Shown: positions 17,045 through 28,058, counted from the first letter of the stretch. The stretch: DNA of 64,000 nucleotides from Candidatus Poribacteria bacterium (GCA_965220065.1 OZ244804.1:1050227-1114226), one strand, 5' to 3'. The notes: a model not told the origin generated them from the sequence alone. A program made the numbers and translations.

Positions 17045-17749
17045 TTAGTTGCCTGATCGTAAGCGTGCGAGTTGTTCTCGGAGGTGGACGACTTCCGCTT
17101 CCGCTCGTTCCGCACGGGCGGTTTCTCGTTCCGCACGGGCGGCTTCTTGTTCCGCAGATGTTTGAAGCCACGCCGCAGCGACAGGGTCATAAATACCTAA
17201 CCCCTCACCCCGTAAATGGAACGTTAACTCTAAGACTGGCGATAGCAATCCTCCATCCGTATTGGGTGGAATCGCAACATACGCACCCTCCACCAACTCA
17301 AACCCCATCAACGCAGATGGAAGGTATAGCCCCTCGGCATCATACAGAAAGTAGTTTTGCATCCCCAGTGCCGCATACAGCTCCCGTTTCTGACCTAAAT
17401 CGTTTCGATACGCGCCTTTACTCGAAAACTCCATAACAAACTCAGGGACTTTCCCCTCCTCCCATACGTTATACGTTCGACGAAACTTCTGACCTATTCC
17501 GAAAGTAACGAGAACATCCGGAGAAACGGACTTCCGAGCGGAACCTTCCTCGTAATACATCATGATATCGCCGGAGACATACACCCCTGGATCCGAGGCG
17601 AAATGGGTTTCAAGAGTTTGTAATATTCGGATAAGCCAGTATCTGTGCCGATCACTTACTGCCATGGGTTTCCCATCGGTATCTGGATATAGATCTGTCG
17701 CGTCTGCCGGCGCGTGAGGGATAGCGGCGTCTTTTGTGTAAGTTGCCAT
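17045..17749 (-). CDS. Uma2 (DUF820) family PD-(D/E)xK endonuclease-like protein
   Basis: YPDTDGKPMA, VSPDVLV, PEFVMEFSS, KRELYAALG; coiled-coil AERAE tail. Confidence 0.85.
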   Translation of the reverse strand: MATYTKDAAIPHAPADATDLYPDTDGKPMAVSDRHRYWLIRILQTLETHFASDPGVYVSGDIMMYYEEGSARKSVSPDVLVTFGIGQKFRRTYNVWEEGKVPEFVMEFSSKGAYRNDLGQKRELYAALGMQNYFLYDAEGLYLPSALMGFELVEGAYVAIPPNTDGGLLSPVLELTFHLRGEGLGIYDPVAAAWLQTSAEQEAARAERETARAERAEAEVVHLREQLARLRSGN

Positions 17750-17801
17750 CGGTGTTCCTCCTTTTCCGTGGGACGCATAAAAAACACTGGATACTACTGA
17801 T

Positions 17802-18452
17802 TCACATCAGGGGGTTCTTGAAATGACCCTTTTGAATAGGGACAATCGTTGATAGGATTTGATGAAGCACATCCACCGCAATCGTGTCAGCATCAATGAT
17901 TCGAATCAAATCTTGAGGGTAGTAATCAATTAAGGGTTCAGTCTCTCGTTTGTAAACGTCCCACCGGTAGCGAACCACAATTTCTTCGGAATCGTCGATC
18001 CGATTTTCTTTCAGCGAACGTCCTCGGATGCGTTTAAACATCACCTCCCGATCCTCACAGACCATATAGATCACCTTAAAGAGTTTTATATAAGGTGCCA
18101 TGAGACCGGCTTGTGCAATGTTCCGTGGGATGCCATCAAGGATGAGCAGATCGGTTTCTGGGGAGTAAACCTGCTCACGGACTTTCGCCGCCATGTAGTC
18201 TTGCCAGATTTTGATTGTGATGTGATCTGGGACTAATTTACCGATGCCTGCGTATTCTTGGAAAATCTGTCCACATTTGGAATTGACATCAAGTTCGCGG
18301 AACATATCTCCGCTGGAGACATGGAAAATGCCAGGAATTTGTGCCAGCAATTTCCCTTGTGTTCCCTTGCCAACACCAGGGGGACCCACAAGCATCACTG
18401 CTTGATAACACGATGTATCCGCCTCGTGTAGAGGGCTCATATCCATTGTCAT
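17802..18452 (-). CDS. adk: Adenylate kinase family protein
   Basis: GPPGVGKGTQ P-loop, HVSSGDMFR, LDGIPRN, R.DD lid remnant. Confidence 0.85.
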   Translation of the reverse strand: MTMDMSPLHEADTSCYQAVMLVGPPGVGKGTQGKLLAQIPGIFHVSSGDMFRELDVNSKCGQIFQEYAGIGKLVPDHITIKIWQDYMAAKVREQVYSPETDLLILDGIPRNIAQAGLMAPYIKLFKVIYMVCEDREVMFKRIRGRSLKENRIDDSEEIVVRYRWDVYKRETEPLIDYYPQDLIRIIDADTIAVDVLHQILSTIVPIQKGHFKNPLM

Positions 18453-18528
18453 GTCTGTTTTTGTCCTCTGCCGCCTTTATGACTCATCGTCGAGTTAGCG
18501 CATTTCAGACGCATGTCTATAGTAAATC

Positions 18529-19584
18529 TTACGCGCCAAGAAGGTGTTCAAGAATGTAGAAGTCCAAACCTTCATAATCTCGGGCTGTGATAAATTCCTG
18601 TTCGACCTCTTTGTCAAACGTTCGGACCTTCTCAAGTAGGTTAAGAAAGGTTCTACGACTACTCAATAGGTGTTTTGTTGAGATGTCACGGGGTTGGGTT
18701 CGCATGACCTTCACATCTAATCCGATAAATTCGCCGTTTCTACCGTATCCGTTTTCTTCCAGGACCCGTACCTGATTAAACGCACGCCGCAAATTGACCG
18801 AACCGAACGCCTTATCTTGGTCGAATTTTAACCCATTTTGGTCGTTAAGATGGACGCTCCAAAGTTTTTTATGATAGAGCGCATACCCCATCTCGTCCGA
18901 TGGTTCCAGACCTGCGAGAATAGCATGCGCGCTTTCGATTAACCCGCCAACGCGCGCCGGTGCGTCACTGGCATAGGCTAAACCGATAGCATGTCCGATG
19001 GTCGGAACGTAAGCGATGTCCATCGGTTCGTTCGGTTTTGGTTCTATAAGGATTCGGACTTCTGGATCGTATTCGAGCAAGGCGTTAATTGCATCCAAAA
19101 TTTGCCCAACCGCCCCTGCTGAATCTTTCGTTTCCCGGATGTAGGTACCTTCACGTGCAAGCCACAACACGAGATTTTTGCACCCAATCTCGTTAGCTAT
19201 ATCCACACACCGTTTTGAACGTTCCAGGGCATAGTGTCTTTCTTTTGGGGAATTAGAAGTGTAGGCTCCATCAATCGTCTGTGGAGATTCCCACAACCGA
19301 GGGGCTACGACTTCTGCTGTCAATCCGTGGTCGTCGAGTTGTTTTTTGACAGATTTTGTCTGCGCTATCAGTTGCGCATGTGTTTTCTCGTCAATATCCG
19401 GCACAATGTCATCGTCGTGAAACTGAATTCCAACAAAACCGAGATCGCGATAAAATCCAACCTTTTCATCGAAACTGAACGCCTCCCGAACAGGGGGTCC
19501 AAAAGGGTCTGTTCCTTCGTGTATATTCCATGGTCCGAAAGAGAAACAATATTCAGTTGTTCCTTTAGCGGGTTCGCTCATCAT
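18529..19584 (-). CDS. xylA: Xylose isomerase-like protein
   Basis: FHDDD, WLAREG, EPKPNEP, HLNDQ..KFDQD motifs. Confidence 0.75.
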   Translation of the reverse strand: MMSEPAKGTTEYCFSFGPWNIHEGTDPFGPPVREAFSFDEKVGFYRDLGFVGIQFHDDDIVPDIDEKTHAQLIAQTKSVKKQLDDHGLTAEVVAPRLWESPQTIDGAYTSNSPKERHYALERSKRCVDIANEIGCKNLVLWLAREGTYIRETKDSAGAVGQILDAINALLEYDPEVRILIEPKPNEPMDIAYVPTIGHAIGLAYASDAPARVGGLIESAHAILAGLEPSDEMGYALYHKKLWSVHLNDQNGLKFDQDKAFGSVNLRRAFNQVRVLEENGYGRNGEFIGLDVKVMRTQPRDISTKHLLSSRRTFLNLLEKVRTFDKEVEQEFITARDYEGLDFYILEHLLGA

Positions 19585-19807
19585 CTTCTCCTGTAGGGAA
19601 CGTTTTTTCTTTCATTTCGTTACAAAAATTGCCTCAATCGCTTTGTTTTCAAAACGCTACGTTAACGATAAAGGATACGAAAAAACTGCTTGACTTTTCT
19701 AATCAGTATACAGTATTATTTAAAATGTGTCAAGCAATTTTGTCGTCACGGTTTGCAAACCGATACTGCAAATCAGGGATGCTGGATGAAAAAGGAACCT
19801 CCCCGGA

Positions 19808-22800
19808 ATGTTACCCATATCTCGTGCGATTTTCTCTTATTCATATCTATTTTATTTTTTCATGCTCACGCTGTATCTACCTATCCAGCATATAGAGGCA
19901 GCGGATCACGAAGGCAAAGGAAGCACACCGCCTCCAACTGTCAACGACACAATTAGTAAAGCGCGGACACTGATATTAGGGACACCATCAACAGAAACCT
20001 TCAGTTTTACAGATGTTTATCATATAGAATTCAGCCTAAATATACCGGGTAATATCGAACTGATCGCCACAGAAAGCGATGTCATCACCGTTACGCTTGA
20101 GAAACAGGCACCGGAAACCACAAACACAAAACAGGACGATCTAATCCGCGACTATCTTAATAACATCACCTTCACAGGAACACAAAGCGATGATACGCTC
20201 CAGTTGAGGATACGACTACCGGGTAATTCTCCTGAAGCACAGCCGGGTCCGCCACCTAACCCAGAAAATCTACAAGCTGTGCGCTATGATGGGATCCAAC
20301 TGAAATGCACAATTAAAACGCCAGCAGATGTCTCTGTTAAACTCCATACCAAAACCGGAGATATATCCGTTCAACGTATCCGTGGAAAGATAGAAACCTC
20401 GACAGAGAATGGAAACGTCCATTTAAATGAGACCTCAGGCAATTATAACATCAGTGTGACCAAGGGCAATATTGACGGACAAATTTTGCTAACCCAAGGA
20501 CAAAATAAGTTAGAAACCCAAAACGGCTCAATTGGATTGGTGGTACTTGACCCCGTTGCGGCACCAATGGACATAACCGCGCAAGGCGGTAGCATCCGTT
20601 TACGACTCCCTGAAAATTATGGCGCAGATGTCGAGTTTGAGAGTCAAAAACAGCAAATTGTTGTCAATTTGCCCGCACACTTTGATGAGGAAACAGGATT
20701 CACCCTTATTAACGACGGAGGACCGTTGTTTCGGTTGAAAGCCACCAACACAATTTCACTGCTACCCAGTTCACCAAGCGGCGAAAAAGCACCCACAGAG
20801 GCTGAAACGAATCCATTCGCGGATGCCGCTCAACCTGTTCCGCAAATCGTCAAAGCACCCGTTATCGACGGCAATTTATCTGAAATCGAGTGGCAAGCAG
20901 CTACGCTGCTCTCTCCGTTCCAAAATCCAGATGGCACCGATGTTCCAAGCAATCCAACTGAAACTTTTTTAATGTGGGATGCCGAGAATTTCTATGTCGG
21001 TGTAAAGGCGTATGTGTCTGATACGTTTCTTCCCTACGTTTCACAGACCCAGCATGATTCACCAATTTGGGAGGACGAGTGTATTGAAATCCTGATTGAC
21101 CCTAACCCGAAAACTGATATCTATTATCATTTTGTTATCAACCCACTTAGTGCCTATTTCGATCAGCGTGTGAATACACCCGGAGAACCCAGTTTTCAGT
21201 TTGCCCCTCGTGATGTTCAAGCTACTTTGAACCGAAGAACGATGCAAACAGCGTTCGATGCAGATAGCACATGGAACTCAGAAGCGAAAGTTGCCAGTCA
21301 AATTAACACGACCTTTTGGAGTCTTGAAGTCGCTCTCCCGCGTAAAATGTTGGAGCCTTCCCCTGAGATGGATTCTCAGTCTGCCCCTTCTGTTGAAAGC
21401 AGATGGCTTTTTAACGTCCATCGTAAGCTGTATAGCAGCAATATGAAGAGTCTTATTCCCGCTAAGTCCAGGGAATATAGTTATTGGCAGCCGACTTACG
21501 ATAACGAGTTTCCATGGTGGTTCCACTCACCGCATGAGTATGTAGGAGCACTTTCGGGACGTTATGGTCCGGCGATGGGGATTTTGGAATTCGTTACGAT
21601 ACCATCCACTTCTGAAGACTTTGCATCTGAAACGAAGGTGCGGGTTGCGACTATTGAAATTGAAGGTAACACCAAAATTCCAACAGAGGCTGTTCAACAG
21701 TCCCTCCCCATTCAGCCTGAAGATATTATCACAAGCCCACAACTTTCTTGGCTCATCACAGAGTTGGGGGAACAGGGTCTATTTCAAGATGTGCGATTGG
21801 AAACGAAACAGGTCAACGTTGGCGATGAAGAAGCAGTCAGCAGTCAGCAACCAGAAGGTCTTGTTTCACCAGATACCGCTTTACCGACAACCGACAACCG
21901 AAAGGATTTTCGTAGACGGGGAAGCCCACACGGGCTTCATACCGTTGATTCATCCGAACCGAGAACCATTCCAAGTATCAGTTTGCATATCCGAGTTACC
22001 GAAGCTCCTGTGCTTTTTGCTCGGGAAATTAAAATCGAAGGGAACAGGAGTTTCCCCTCACGATTCATCATGGAGTGGTTTCAGTTAGAATCTGGCTACC
22101 TCGCTGTCGCGGCTGTTAGACTGAAACAACAATTAATTGCCGATTTTTATTTAAATCGTGGATATGAATTCGCCACGGTTGCCTATCAATCTGCCAATGA
22201 TGTCCTGGCATTTAGCATTGATGAGGGGACATTGCACGAAATTCGCTTCACTGGAAACAGTCGAATCCTGCGGGCAGAACTGTTGTCAGCACTTGACCTG
22301 AAGACAGTGGATAGTGATGGAGAACAAGGTTCACAAACCTCAGATATCTACCATCATTCTCTTGGTCAGTCAAAGATAAACAGCATGCGTAAAAAGCTCA
22401 GTGAAAACAACGAGCATTTCAAATCCGTGCGGGATTGGCGTGTCCAACGCGAGGGCGGGAAAAATGTCATGATTGTTGACATTGAAGAGCAACCTTTAGC
22501 GAGACCCGGTGGTTTCCCGATTCTTCAATTCAATCGTGTTCACGGACTCATACTTGGCGCGGGTGGAACGCTCTCAACGCGCCTCACGGGTACGGAACAG
22601 GTTTTCGGTTCAATCAGTCGTGGGTTTTCGAGCAAAATATGGAACTATCACGCGGGGATCGAAAAGGGGTTCTTTAAACGGCAACTCCTCAAATTCGGAG
22701 GGAGTTTCTATAAACTCACCGATGTCAGTTCTAATCTCTATCTACATCAAGGTGATGCTACCCTGAGTGCCACCTATTATGGTTCAGCACTTCAGGATTA

Positions 22801-23629
22801 TTATCAACGTCAGGGTTCTCAGGGGTGGATAACTTACGCGCCATCAGAATGGTCATATCTTAGACTGGAATTCACTGGGGAAAGGCACGACAATCTCTCC
22901 AAATCGACGGATTGGAGTTACTTAAATCGAAATCTGATTAAGCGAGGAAATTCACGGATTAATCGTGGACAATTGAGAAGTCTTTCTCTCGTTTATGCAT
23001 TTGATACACGGGATCACAGATCGACTATCACACGACATTTCCACACGCTGTTTTCTGCAAATCAGCGAACTCGGCGTGGCTGGCGCGGCCAATTCGCAGT
23101 TGAAATAGTAGGGCAGGGATTTGGAGGAGATTACGACTTCAATTTCTATCGGTTTGAGTTGGCACGTTACACGCCTTTATCCGGTCCGCACCAGCTGAAC
23201 ATTAGAGTCGCAGGTGATTTTTCTGATGCCCCCTTGCCAAGGCAACGGCTCCTTCACCTTGGGGGTGGTAATACCCTGCGCGGCCACAATTTTAATGTAT
23301 TCGCTGGGGATAACCGGCTTCTACTTAACCTTGAGTATCGGCTCATCAAAGAGACAATCCCCAGCGGACAAGATGCCGTGTTAGGGTGGACACTCAGTTG
23401 TTTCTTGGATGCAGGCAGTGTGTGGTGGCATGATGATGCCCCTTTTTCCGATCTTGAAAATTTTACGACACGGCTGAAAACATCCATCGGTGTCGGATGC
23501 TCTGTTTTCGTAGATCCATTCGGGAATCCCTCACCCTGGAGCCTTGCTCTTGAGGTAGCAGAACCACTCAATGCATCATTTTCTTTACGAAATCCGATCA
23601 TCATTTTGCGCTTGGATCGCATGTTTTAA
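19808..23629 (+). CDS. Omp85/BamA-TamA family protein with N-terminal DUF4097-like and CBM9-like domains and POTRA domains
   Basis: Adhesin-type beta repeats (KTGDISV..IRGKIE); PVIDGNLSEIEW...WDAENFY...DECIEILIDP; IEIEGNTKI POTRA; LGGGNTLRGH; terminal Phe. Confidence 0.75.
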   Translation: MLPISRAIFSYSYLFYFFMLTLYLPIQHIEAADHEGKGSTPPPTVNDTISKARTLILGTPSTETFSFTDVYHIEFSLNIPGNIELIATESDVITVTLEKQAPETTNTKQDDLIRDYLNNITFTGTQSDDTLQLRIRLPGNSPEAQPGPPPNPENLQAVRYDGIQLKCTIKTPADVSVKLHTKTGDISVQRIRGKIETSTENGNVHLNETSGNYNISVTKGNIDGQILLTQGQNKLETQNGSIGLVVLDPVAAPMDITAQGGSIRLRLPENYGADVEFESQKQQIVVNLPAHFDEETGFTLINDGGPLFRLKATNTISLLPSSPSGEKAPTEAETNPFADAAQPVPQIVKAPVIDGNLSEIEWQAATLLSPFQNPDGTDVPSNPTETFLMWDAENFYVGVKAYVSDTFLPYVSQTQHDSPIWEDECIEILIDPNPKTDIYYHFVINPLSAYFDQRVNTPGEPSFQFAPRDVQATLNRRTMQTAFDADSTWNSEAKVASQINTTFWSLEVALPRKMLEPSPEMDSQSAPSVESRWLFNVHRKLYSSNMKSLIPAKSREYSYWQPTYDNEFPWWFHSPHEYVGALSGRYGPAMGILEFVTIPSTSEDFASETKVRVATIEIEGNTKIPTEAVQQSLPIQPEDIITSPQLSWLITELGEQGLFQDVRLETKQVNVGDEEAVSSQQPEGLVSPDTALPTTDNRKDFRRRGSPHGLHTVDSSEPRTIPSISLHIRVTEAPVLFAREIKIEGNRSFPSRFIMEWFQLESGYLAVAAVRLKQQLIADFYLNRGYEFATVAYQSANDVLAFSIDEGTLHEIRFTGNSRILRAELLSALDLKTVDSDGEQGSQTSDIYHHSLGQSKINSMRKKLSENNEHFKSVRDWRVQREGGKNVMIVDIEEQPLARPGGFPILQFNRVHGLILGAGGTLSTRLTGTEQVFGSISRGFSSKIWNYHAGIEKGFFKRQLLKFGGSFYKLTDVSSNLYLHQGDATLSATYYGSALQDYYQRQGSQGWITYAPSEWSYLRLEFTGERHDNLSKSTDWSYLNRNLIKRGNSRINRGQLRSLSLVYAFDTRDHRSTITRHFHTLFSANQRTRRGWRGQFAVEIVGQGFGGDYDFNFYRFELARYTPLSGPHQLNIRVAGDFSDAPLPRQRLLHLGGGNTLRGHNFNVFAGDNRLLLNLEYRLIKETIPSGQDAVLGWTLSCFLDAGSVWWHDDAPFSDLENFTTRLKTSIGVGCSVFVDPFGNPSPWSLALEVAEPLNASFSLRNPIIILRLDRMF

Positions 23630-23713
23630 GAGTTATCAGTACGGGTTGCTACGCAACCCTTTCAATTATCAGTCGTCGGTTATCAGTTAAGAGGTCTTCT
23701 TAAACCCAAAGAT

Positions 23714-23825
23714 GTAGTCTGCAACAACGGCGCAGGGTTTTTGCTGGGGTGTTTCCCCTAGATATACGTAAAGGAACGTGATGTATCCAAACCCACCTGA
23801 CCGAACCGCAAGGTATAATTAAAAT
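23714..23825 (+). repeat. Full copy of the REP-hairpin...CCGCAAGG element (family A)
   Basis: GTAGTCTGCAACAACGGCGCAGG...GCTGGGGTGTTTCC...ACCGAACCGCAAGGTATAATTAAAAT directly before ATG 23826; similar to reverse copy 59710-59833. Confidence 0.8.
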
Positions 23826-24938
23826 ATGAAGACAACACCACTTTATCCCATCCATGAACAACTCGGTGCAGCATTCGAGAAACAGCATTTGGAATGGAAT
23901 ATTGCTACCGAATTCACCGATGCTGTCTCCGAACATCATGCGGTCAGAAACAACATCGGTATTACTGACGTGTCCTATCGAGGTAGGCATCGATTAACGG
24001 GTGAAGACCGAGCGAAATTTCTACATCGTATCATCTCCAACGATGTTGAAAGTCTCTCAACCGGACAGGGCACTTACGCCACGATCTTAACGCACCGTGG
24101 CAAAATTATAGCCGACATGAATATCTCTGTTCTCGAAGACGCAATCAGTATCGACACCGCGCCTGAGACAACAGAAAGCCTTTTTAACGAATTGGATAAG
24201 TACATCATTGCTGACGATGTCGAATTTTCTGACGTAACCGTCGAAACCGGGGAGATTGCTGTCCACGGTCCAAAGTCAACAGATCTTGTTCAATCTGTGC
24301 TCAGTATAAATGAACTCGCTGCGTTGCCAGAACGGTATAATTGCTTTCGTGAAGCAGATTCGCTTTTTAAGCACACAATTGTCTGTGTAAGAACAGATGG
24401 TACTGGAGAGATGGGTTGGACGCTTTATACTGCTGCCGAGGAATTAGTTTTGCTTTGGGAGACATTAATGACTGAGGGAGCACGCTTTAACGCTCAACCG
24501 ATCGGTTGGAATGCTCTTGAGTCACTCCGTATCGAAACAGGCGTACCGAGATATGGAGCAGAATTGACAGATTCTGTTATCCCGCTTGAGGCTGAATTAG
24601 AACACGCTATCGATTTTGAGAAGGGATGTTATATCGGACAAGAAATTGTAGCGCGTATGAAGTATCGAGGTCACCCAAATCGCCTCTTGCGCGGTATTGA
24701 AATTGATACAAACTTAACATCACAAGACTGCCATCGGCATCTTCTGGGGGCGAGGGTTTTCAAAGAAGACAAAGAAGTCGGTTGGATTACGAGTGCTACC
24801 TTTGCCCCGACTCTCGAAAAGTCGATTGCCCTCGGTTACGTTCGGATGCAAGTTACCGAAGCAGGTAGCCGTGTCCGCATTGAAACACCAGAAGGATCCA
24901 TCGATGGCACGGTTGCGCTTCTGCCCTTTTTAGCATAG
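23826..24938 (+). CDS. ygfZ: GcvT/YgfZ-family folate-binding protein
   Basis: KTTPLYPIH, DVSYRG, KGCYIGQE YgfZ signature. Confidence 0.75.
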   Translation: MKTTPLYPIHEQLGAAFEKQHLEWNIATEFTDAVSEHHAVRNNIGITDVSYRGRHRLTGEDRAKFLHRIISNDVESLSTGQGTYATILTHRGKIIADMNISVLEDAISIDTAPETTESLFNELDKYIIADDVEFSDVTVETGEIAVHGPKSTDLVQSVLSINELAALPERYNCFREADSLFKHTIVCVRTDGTGEMGWTLYTAAEELVLLWETLMTEGARFNAQPIGWNALESLRIETGVPRYGAELTDSVIPLEAELEHAIDFEKGCYIGQEIVARMKYRGHPNRLLRGIEIDTNLTSQDCHRHLLGARVFKEDKEVGWITSATFAPTLEKSIALGYVRMQVTEAGSRVRIETPEGSIDGTVALLPFLA

Positions 24939-25125
24939 CCTAATCGCTAAAAACTTATATGGCTATCGGCGGTCAGCAGTCAGTCGGGCATCGGAGTTCA
25001 ACCCTACAAAATCCAAAGACAGTTTGGATTAACCAAAACCACCGCGGATTGTCCCGTAGGTTTCCTCTATAGGTTTGCGCCAGGAGCGGTGACCAGATTT
25101 AATAGTTAAAAAAAGGAATCATATA

Positions 25126-25965
25126 ATGGAACACTCAAGCTTTTCTAAAATTCTACTCGGTTTAGATGGCTCTGCCCACACACAAGCGGCGATTGAATAC
25201 GCCTGTCAACTCGCTCACAGCTATAGTGCAACAATTACAGGTGTCGCTATCATCGATCAACCCGGCATTCAATCTTCAAGTGGACCCGTGCCAATCGGTG
25301 CGACGCGTTATGATATACAACTTGAAGAACAACAGCTAAAGGAAACACAAGAGAAGGCAGGAGCGATACTTGATGGTTTTTCACGTATTTGCGATGCTCG
25401 CAACATAAATGCCATTTTACACGCCGATACTGGCAGTCCTGTCTCCGAACTTATTGAGGAGTCCAAATTTCACGATTTCATTGTCATTGGAAAACAAACC
25501 GCTTTTGAATATAATGCCAATGAAACTTATGAGACGCTTCAACACGTTTTAAGGAACGGACTTATCCCTGTGTTGGCTGTGCCAGATTCGGTCCGAGAAA
25601 TTAAGAAGGTCCTGGTCGCCTATGACAATAGTATTCCCGCTTCTAAAGCAGTACACATGTTCCTACTGCTCGGTATATGGAACGCCTGTGATATAACGCT
25701 GCTTACTGTTAATGACGATGCTGAAGCCGCACAAGGGTTATTAGACAATCTTGGGGAATTCTTTGAGAGTTACGGGATTCAACCGAATCTCGTTACGCAA
25801 AGCGGGCATCCAGATACCGCCGTCAAATCCTATATTGCTGAGAACGACATTGATATGTTGGTGATGGGGGCTTACGGCAGAAAAAGCGTCCGTGAGTTTT
25901 TCGTCGGCAGCGTTACACAGCACTTAATTCAAGAGACAACGATTCCACTTTTCCTTTACCATTGA
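25126..25965 (+). CDS. Universal stress protein (tandem USP domains)
   Basis: ILLGLDGS, VLVAYDNS, DMLVMGAYG...FVGSVT. Confidence 0.9.
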   Translation: MEHSSFSKILLGLDGSAHTQAAIEYACQLAHSYSATITGVAIIDQPGIQSSSGPVPIGATRYDIQLEEQQLKETQEKAGAILDGFSRICDARNINAILHADTGSPVSELIEESKFHDFIVIGKQTAFEYNANETYETLQHVLRNGLIPVLAVPDSVREIKKVLVAYDNSIPASKAVHMFLLLGIWNACDITLLTVNDDAEAAQGLLDNLGEFFESYGIQPNLVTQSGHPDTAVKSYIAENDIDMLVMGAYGRKSVREFFVGSVTQHLIQETTIPLFLYH

Positions 25966-25971
25966 AGAATA

Positions 25972-26043
25972 GTCATCAGTTGTCAGCGATCAGCAAAGAG
26001 ACCCCCGTTAGACGAAAACCTCTTAACTGATGACTGACAGCCA
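25972..26043. repeat. Heptamer-armed palindromic element (family B)
   Basis: (ATCAGTT/GTCAGCG)n AAGAG ... CCTCTTAACTGATGACTGACAGCC; relatives near 23630, 35610-35790, 37700, 41471, 41634, 42468, 56331. Confidence 0.7.
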
Positions 26044-26067
26044 ATACAAGGAGGTAAATTTAAACCG

Positions 26068-26976
26068 ATGATATACAGCAAATTCTATTTTCGTATATCT
26101 CTTCTACTGTTCCTCCCTATGCTCTTAGGCGGATGCGGTCTTGCGAAACTGGCAAGAATTCAAGGGGAAGGCGACCTCGCTGTGGTAGAAGCCACCCTTG
26201 AGGGGAACATCGGCACGCTTGAAAACTTATCTAAAATTGGGAGCAAGAATCTCATCGTTAAGACGGCTCGCGCGTATTCATCCTACGCCGGCTTTATTGA
26301 GGATAAGATGGAGGAGGCTGAAATAGCAGGCGACTATGAGACTGCAGAGGACATGCGCGCACGGGCCATTGACCTCTATATACGTTCGGAGGGATACGCG
26401 CTCAAGGCTTTAGCGAAATCCGATAAAACCTTCAGTGAGGTAAGAACCGTTGATATGACTGTGTTTCAAAAGGCACTTCAGAAGCTAAAAAAGAAGGATG
26501 TTGAACCCCTGTTCTGGACGGCTTATTCGATAGCACGCGGTATTAGTCTCCAGAAAGATGATCCGATGCAAGTGATTGACTTGGCTCGGGTGGAACTAAT
26601 GATGAAGCGTGTGCTTGAACTGGATGAAACCTTCTACTTCGGCAGCGCGCATCTGTTTTATGCTGTCTATTACGGCGATCGAGCGATATCCATCGGCGGA
26701 GATCCAGAGAAGGCAAAGGAACATATTGCGCATGTAGAGCAGATCAATGCTGGCAAATTTTTGATGAGCAAACTCTATCTCGCACGTTACTATGCTTACC
26801 CGAAACAGGATGTGACACTTTTCAAACAGTCGTTACAAGAAGTCCTTGATGCACCATCGGACATTTATCCTGGGGAGGAAGCCGCGACTTCGTTGGCGAA
26901 ATCGCGTGCGAAACGCTTGCTCGACCAGGCTGATGACCTTTTTGATCCAGAAATGGAAGAAGGAGACACTGAATAA
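26068..26976 (+). CDS. TRAP-T (TPAT) TatT lipoprotein component
   Basis: LGGC lipobox; RVLELDETFYFGSAH, GGDPEKAKEH; adjacent dctP. Confidence 0.8.
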   Translation: MIYSKFYFRISLLLFLPMLLGGCGLAKLARIQGEGDLAVVEATLEGNIGTLENLSKIGSKNLIVKTARAYSSYAGFIEDKMEEAEIAGDYETAEDMRARAIDLYIRSEGYALKALAKSDKTFSEVRTVDMTVFQKALQKLKKKDVEPLFWTAYSIARGISLQKDDPMQVIDLARVELMMKRVLELDETFYFGSAHLFYAVYYGDRAISIGGDPEKAKEHIAHVEQINAGKFLMSKLYLARYYAYPKQDVTLFKQSLQEVLDAPSDIYPGEEAATSLAKSRAKRLLDQADDLFDPEMEEGDTE

Positions 26977-28058
26977 TGAAGAACGAAAAAACAGACCTTG
27001 TAGGAGGGGTTTTTGGGGAAACACCCAAGCAAAAACACCCCGATTCCTTTTTTAAATTAGCGAGCGTGTTTCTACTGATTTTCGGAATGTTTTGTCTACC
27101 CTTAGCGCATCTTGATGCCGACTCGATTAAGTTCGCAACACTCGCGCCAAAGGGTTCCACATGGATGAATAATTTCGAAGCAATGGGGAAAGAAATTCGC
27201 GCCAAAACAGATGGTGATCTTCGACTCCGTATCTATCCAAATGGGGTCCAGGGAGATGAACTTGACGTTATTCGCAAGATGCGCGCAGGATTGATCCACG
27301 CCGGTGCTATGACCGCTACGGGTCTCGGCGAGATACAGGAAGAGGTACTGATTTTCCAACTGCCTCGCATGTTCAGAACCTACGAAGAACTTGATTATGT
27401 CCGAGACTATCTCCGTGAAGATCTCGACAAAGCCTTTATGGATGCGGGGTATGTTCTACTCGGTATGGGAGACATCGGCTTTTATTATATATTCAGTAAC
27501 CAACCTATCCGCACTATTGCCGACCTTCAATCCCCAAACGTCAAGATGTGGGCACGTACAGCCGACAGAATTGGACTTACGTTCTACAAAAACGCTGATA
27601 TCGCAACTGTGCCGAGAGAGGTTACACAAGTACTATCTTCGCTTTACTCAGGGCACATCAACACCCTAACTGCGTCTCCTTATGTCACCATTGCCCTGCA
27701 ATGGTACGACAAATTCAAATATATGACGAACCTTCCCGTCAGTGTTGGTGTCGGTGCAACAGTCATAACAAAGGAGAAATTTGATGAGCTTTCTCCGGAG
27801 CAACAGAAGGTTGTGCGTGAAGTTGCGAACGCGCATCAGAGCGATTTAATTCAGGCGATTCGCAAGGATAATGAAAGGGCACTTGAGGCACTGCAAAAGA
27901 AGGCAGGCATTGAAGTGATTGAATTCGAGGACGATTCCCGAGAGGCATGGGATGTCATCGCTATGGAAACCCACAAAGCACTCGTCGGCGAGATCTACTC
28001 GCAAGAGTTTCTTGACAAGATTAACGCCCTTTTGCAAGCGTATCGAGAGAAAAATTAA
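26976..28058 (+). CDS. dctP: TRAP transporter substrate-binding protein DctP/TatP
   Basis: IKFATLAPKGSTW, YPNGVQGDE.DVIRKMRAG. Confidence 0.88.
   Translation: MKNEKTDLVGGVFGETPKQKHPDSFFKLASVFLLIFGMFCLPLAHLDADSIKFATLAPKGSTWMNNFEAMGKEIRAKTDGDLRLRIYPNGVQGDELDVIRKMRAGLIHAGAMTATGLGEIQEEVLIFQLPRMFRTYEELDYVRDYLREDLDKAFMDAGYVLLGMGDIGFYYIFSNQPIRTIADLQSPNVKMWARTADRIGLTFYKNADIATVPREVTQVLSSLYSGHINTLTASPYVTIALQWYDKFKYMTNLPVSVGVGATVITKEKFDELSPEQQKVVREVANAHQSDLIQAIRKDNERALEALQKKAGIEVIEFEDDSREAWDVIAMETHKALVGEIYSQEFLDKINALLQAYREKN

Noticed and set aside
17085-17150. Short direct repeats CTCGTTCCGCACGGGCGG
   Set aside because: Encode the ordinary AERE/ARAE coiled-coil tail of the Uma2 protein
19690-19733. 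TTGAC...GTCAA inverted motif between xylA and the Omp85 gene as an operator
   Set aside because: More simply explained by back-to-back -35 boxes of divergent promoters; no regulator nearby to support it
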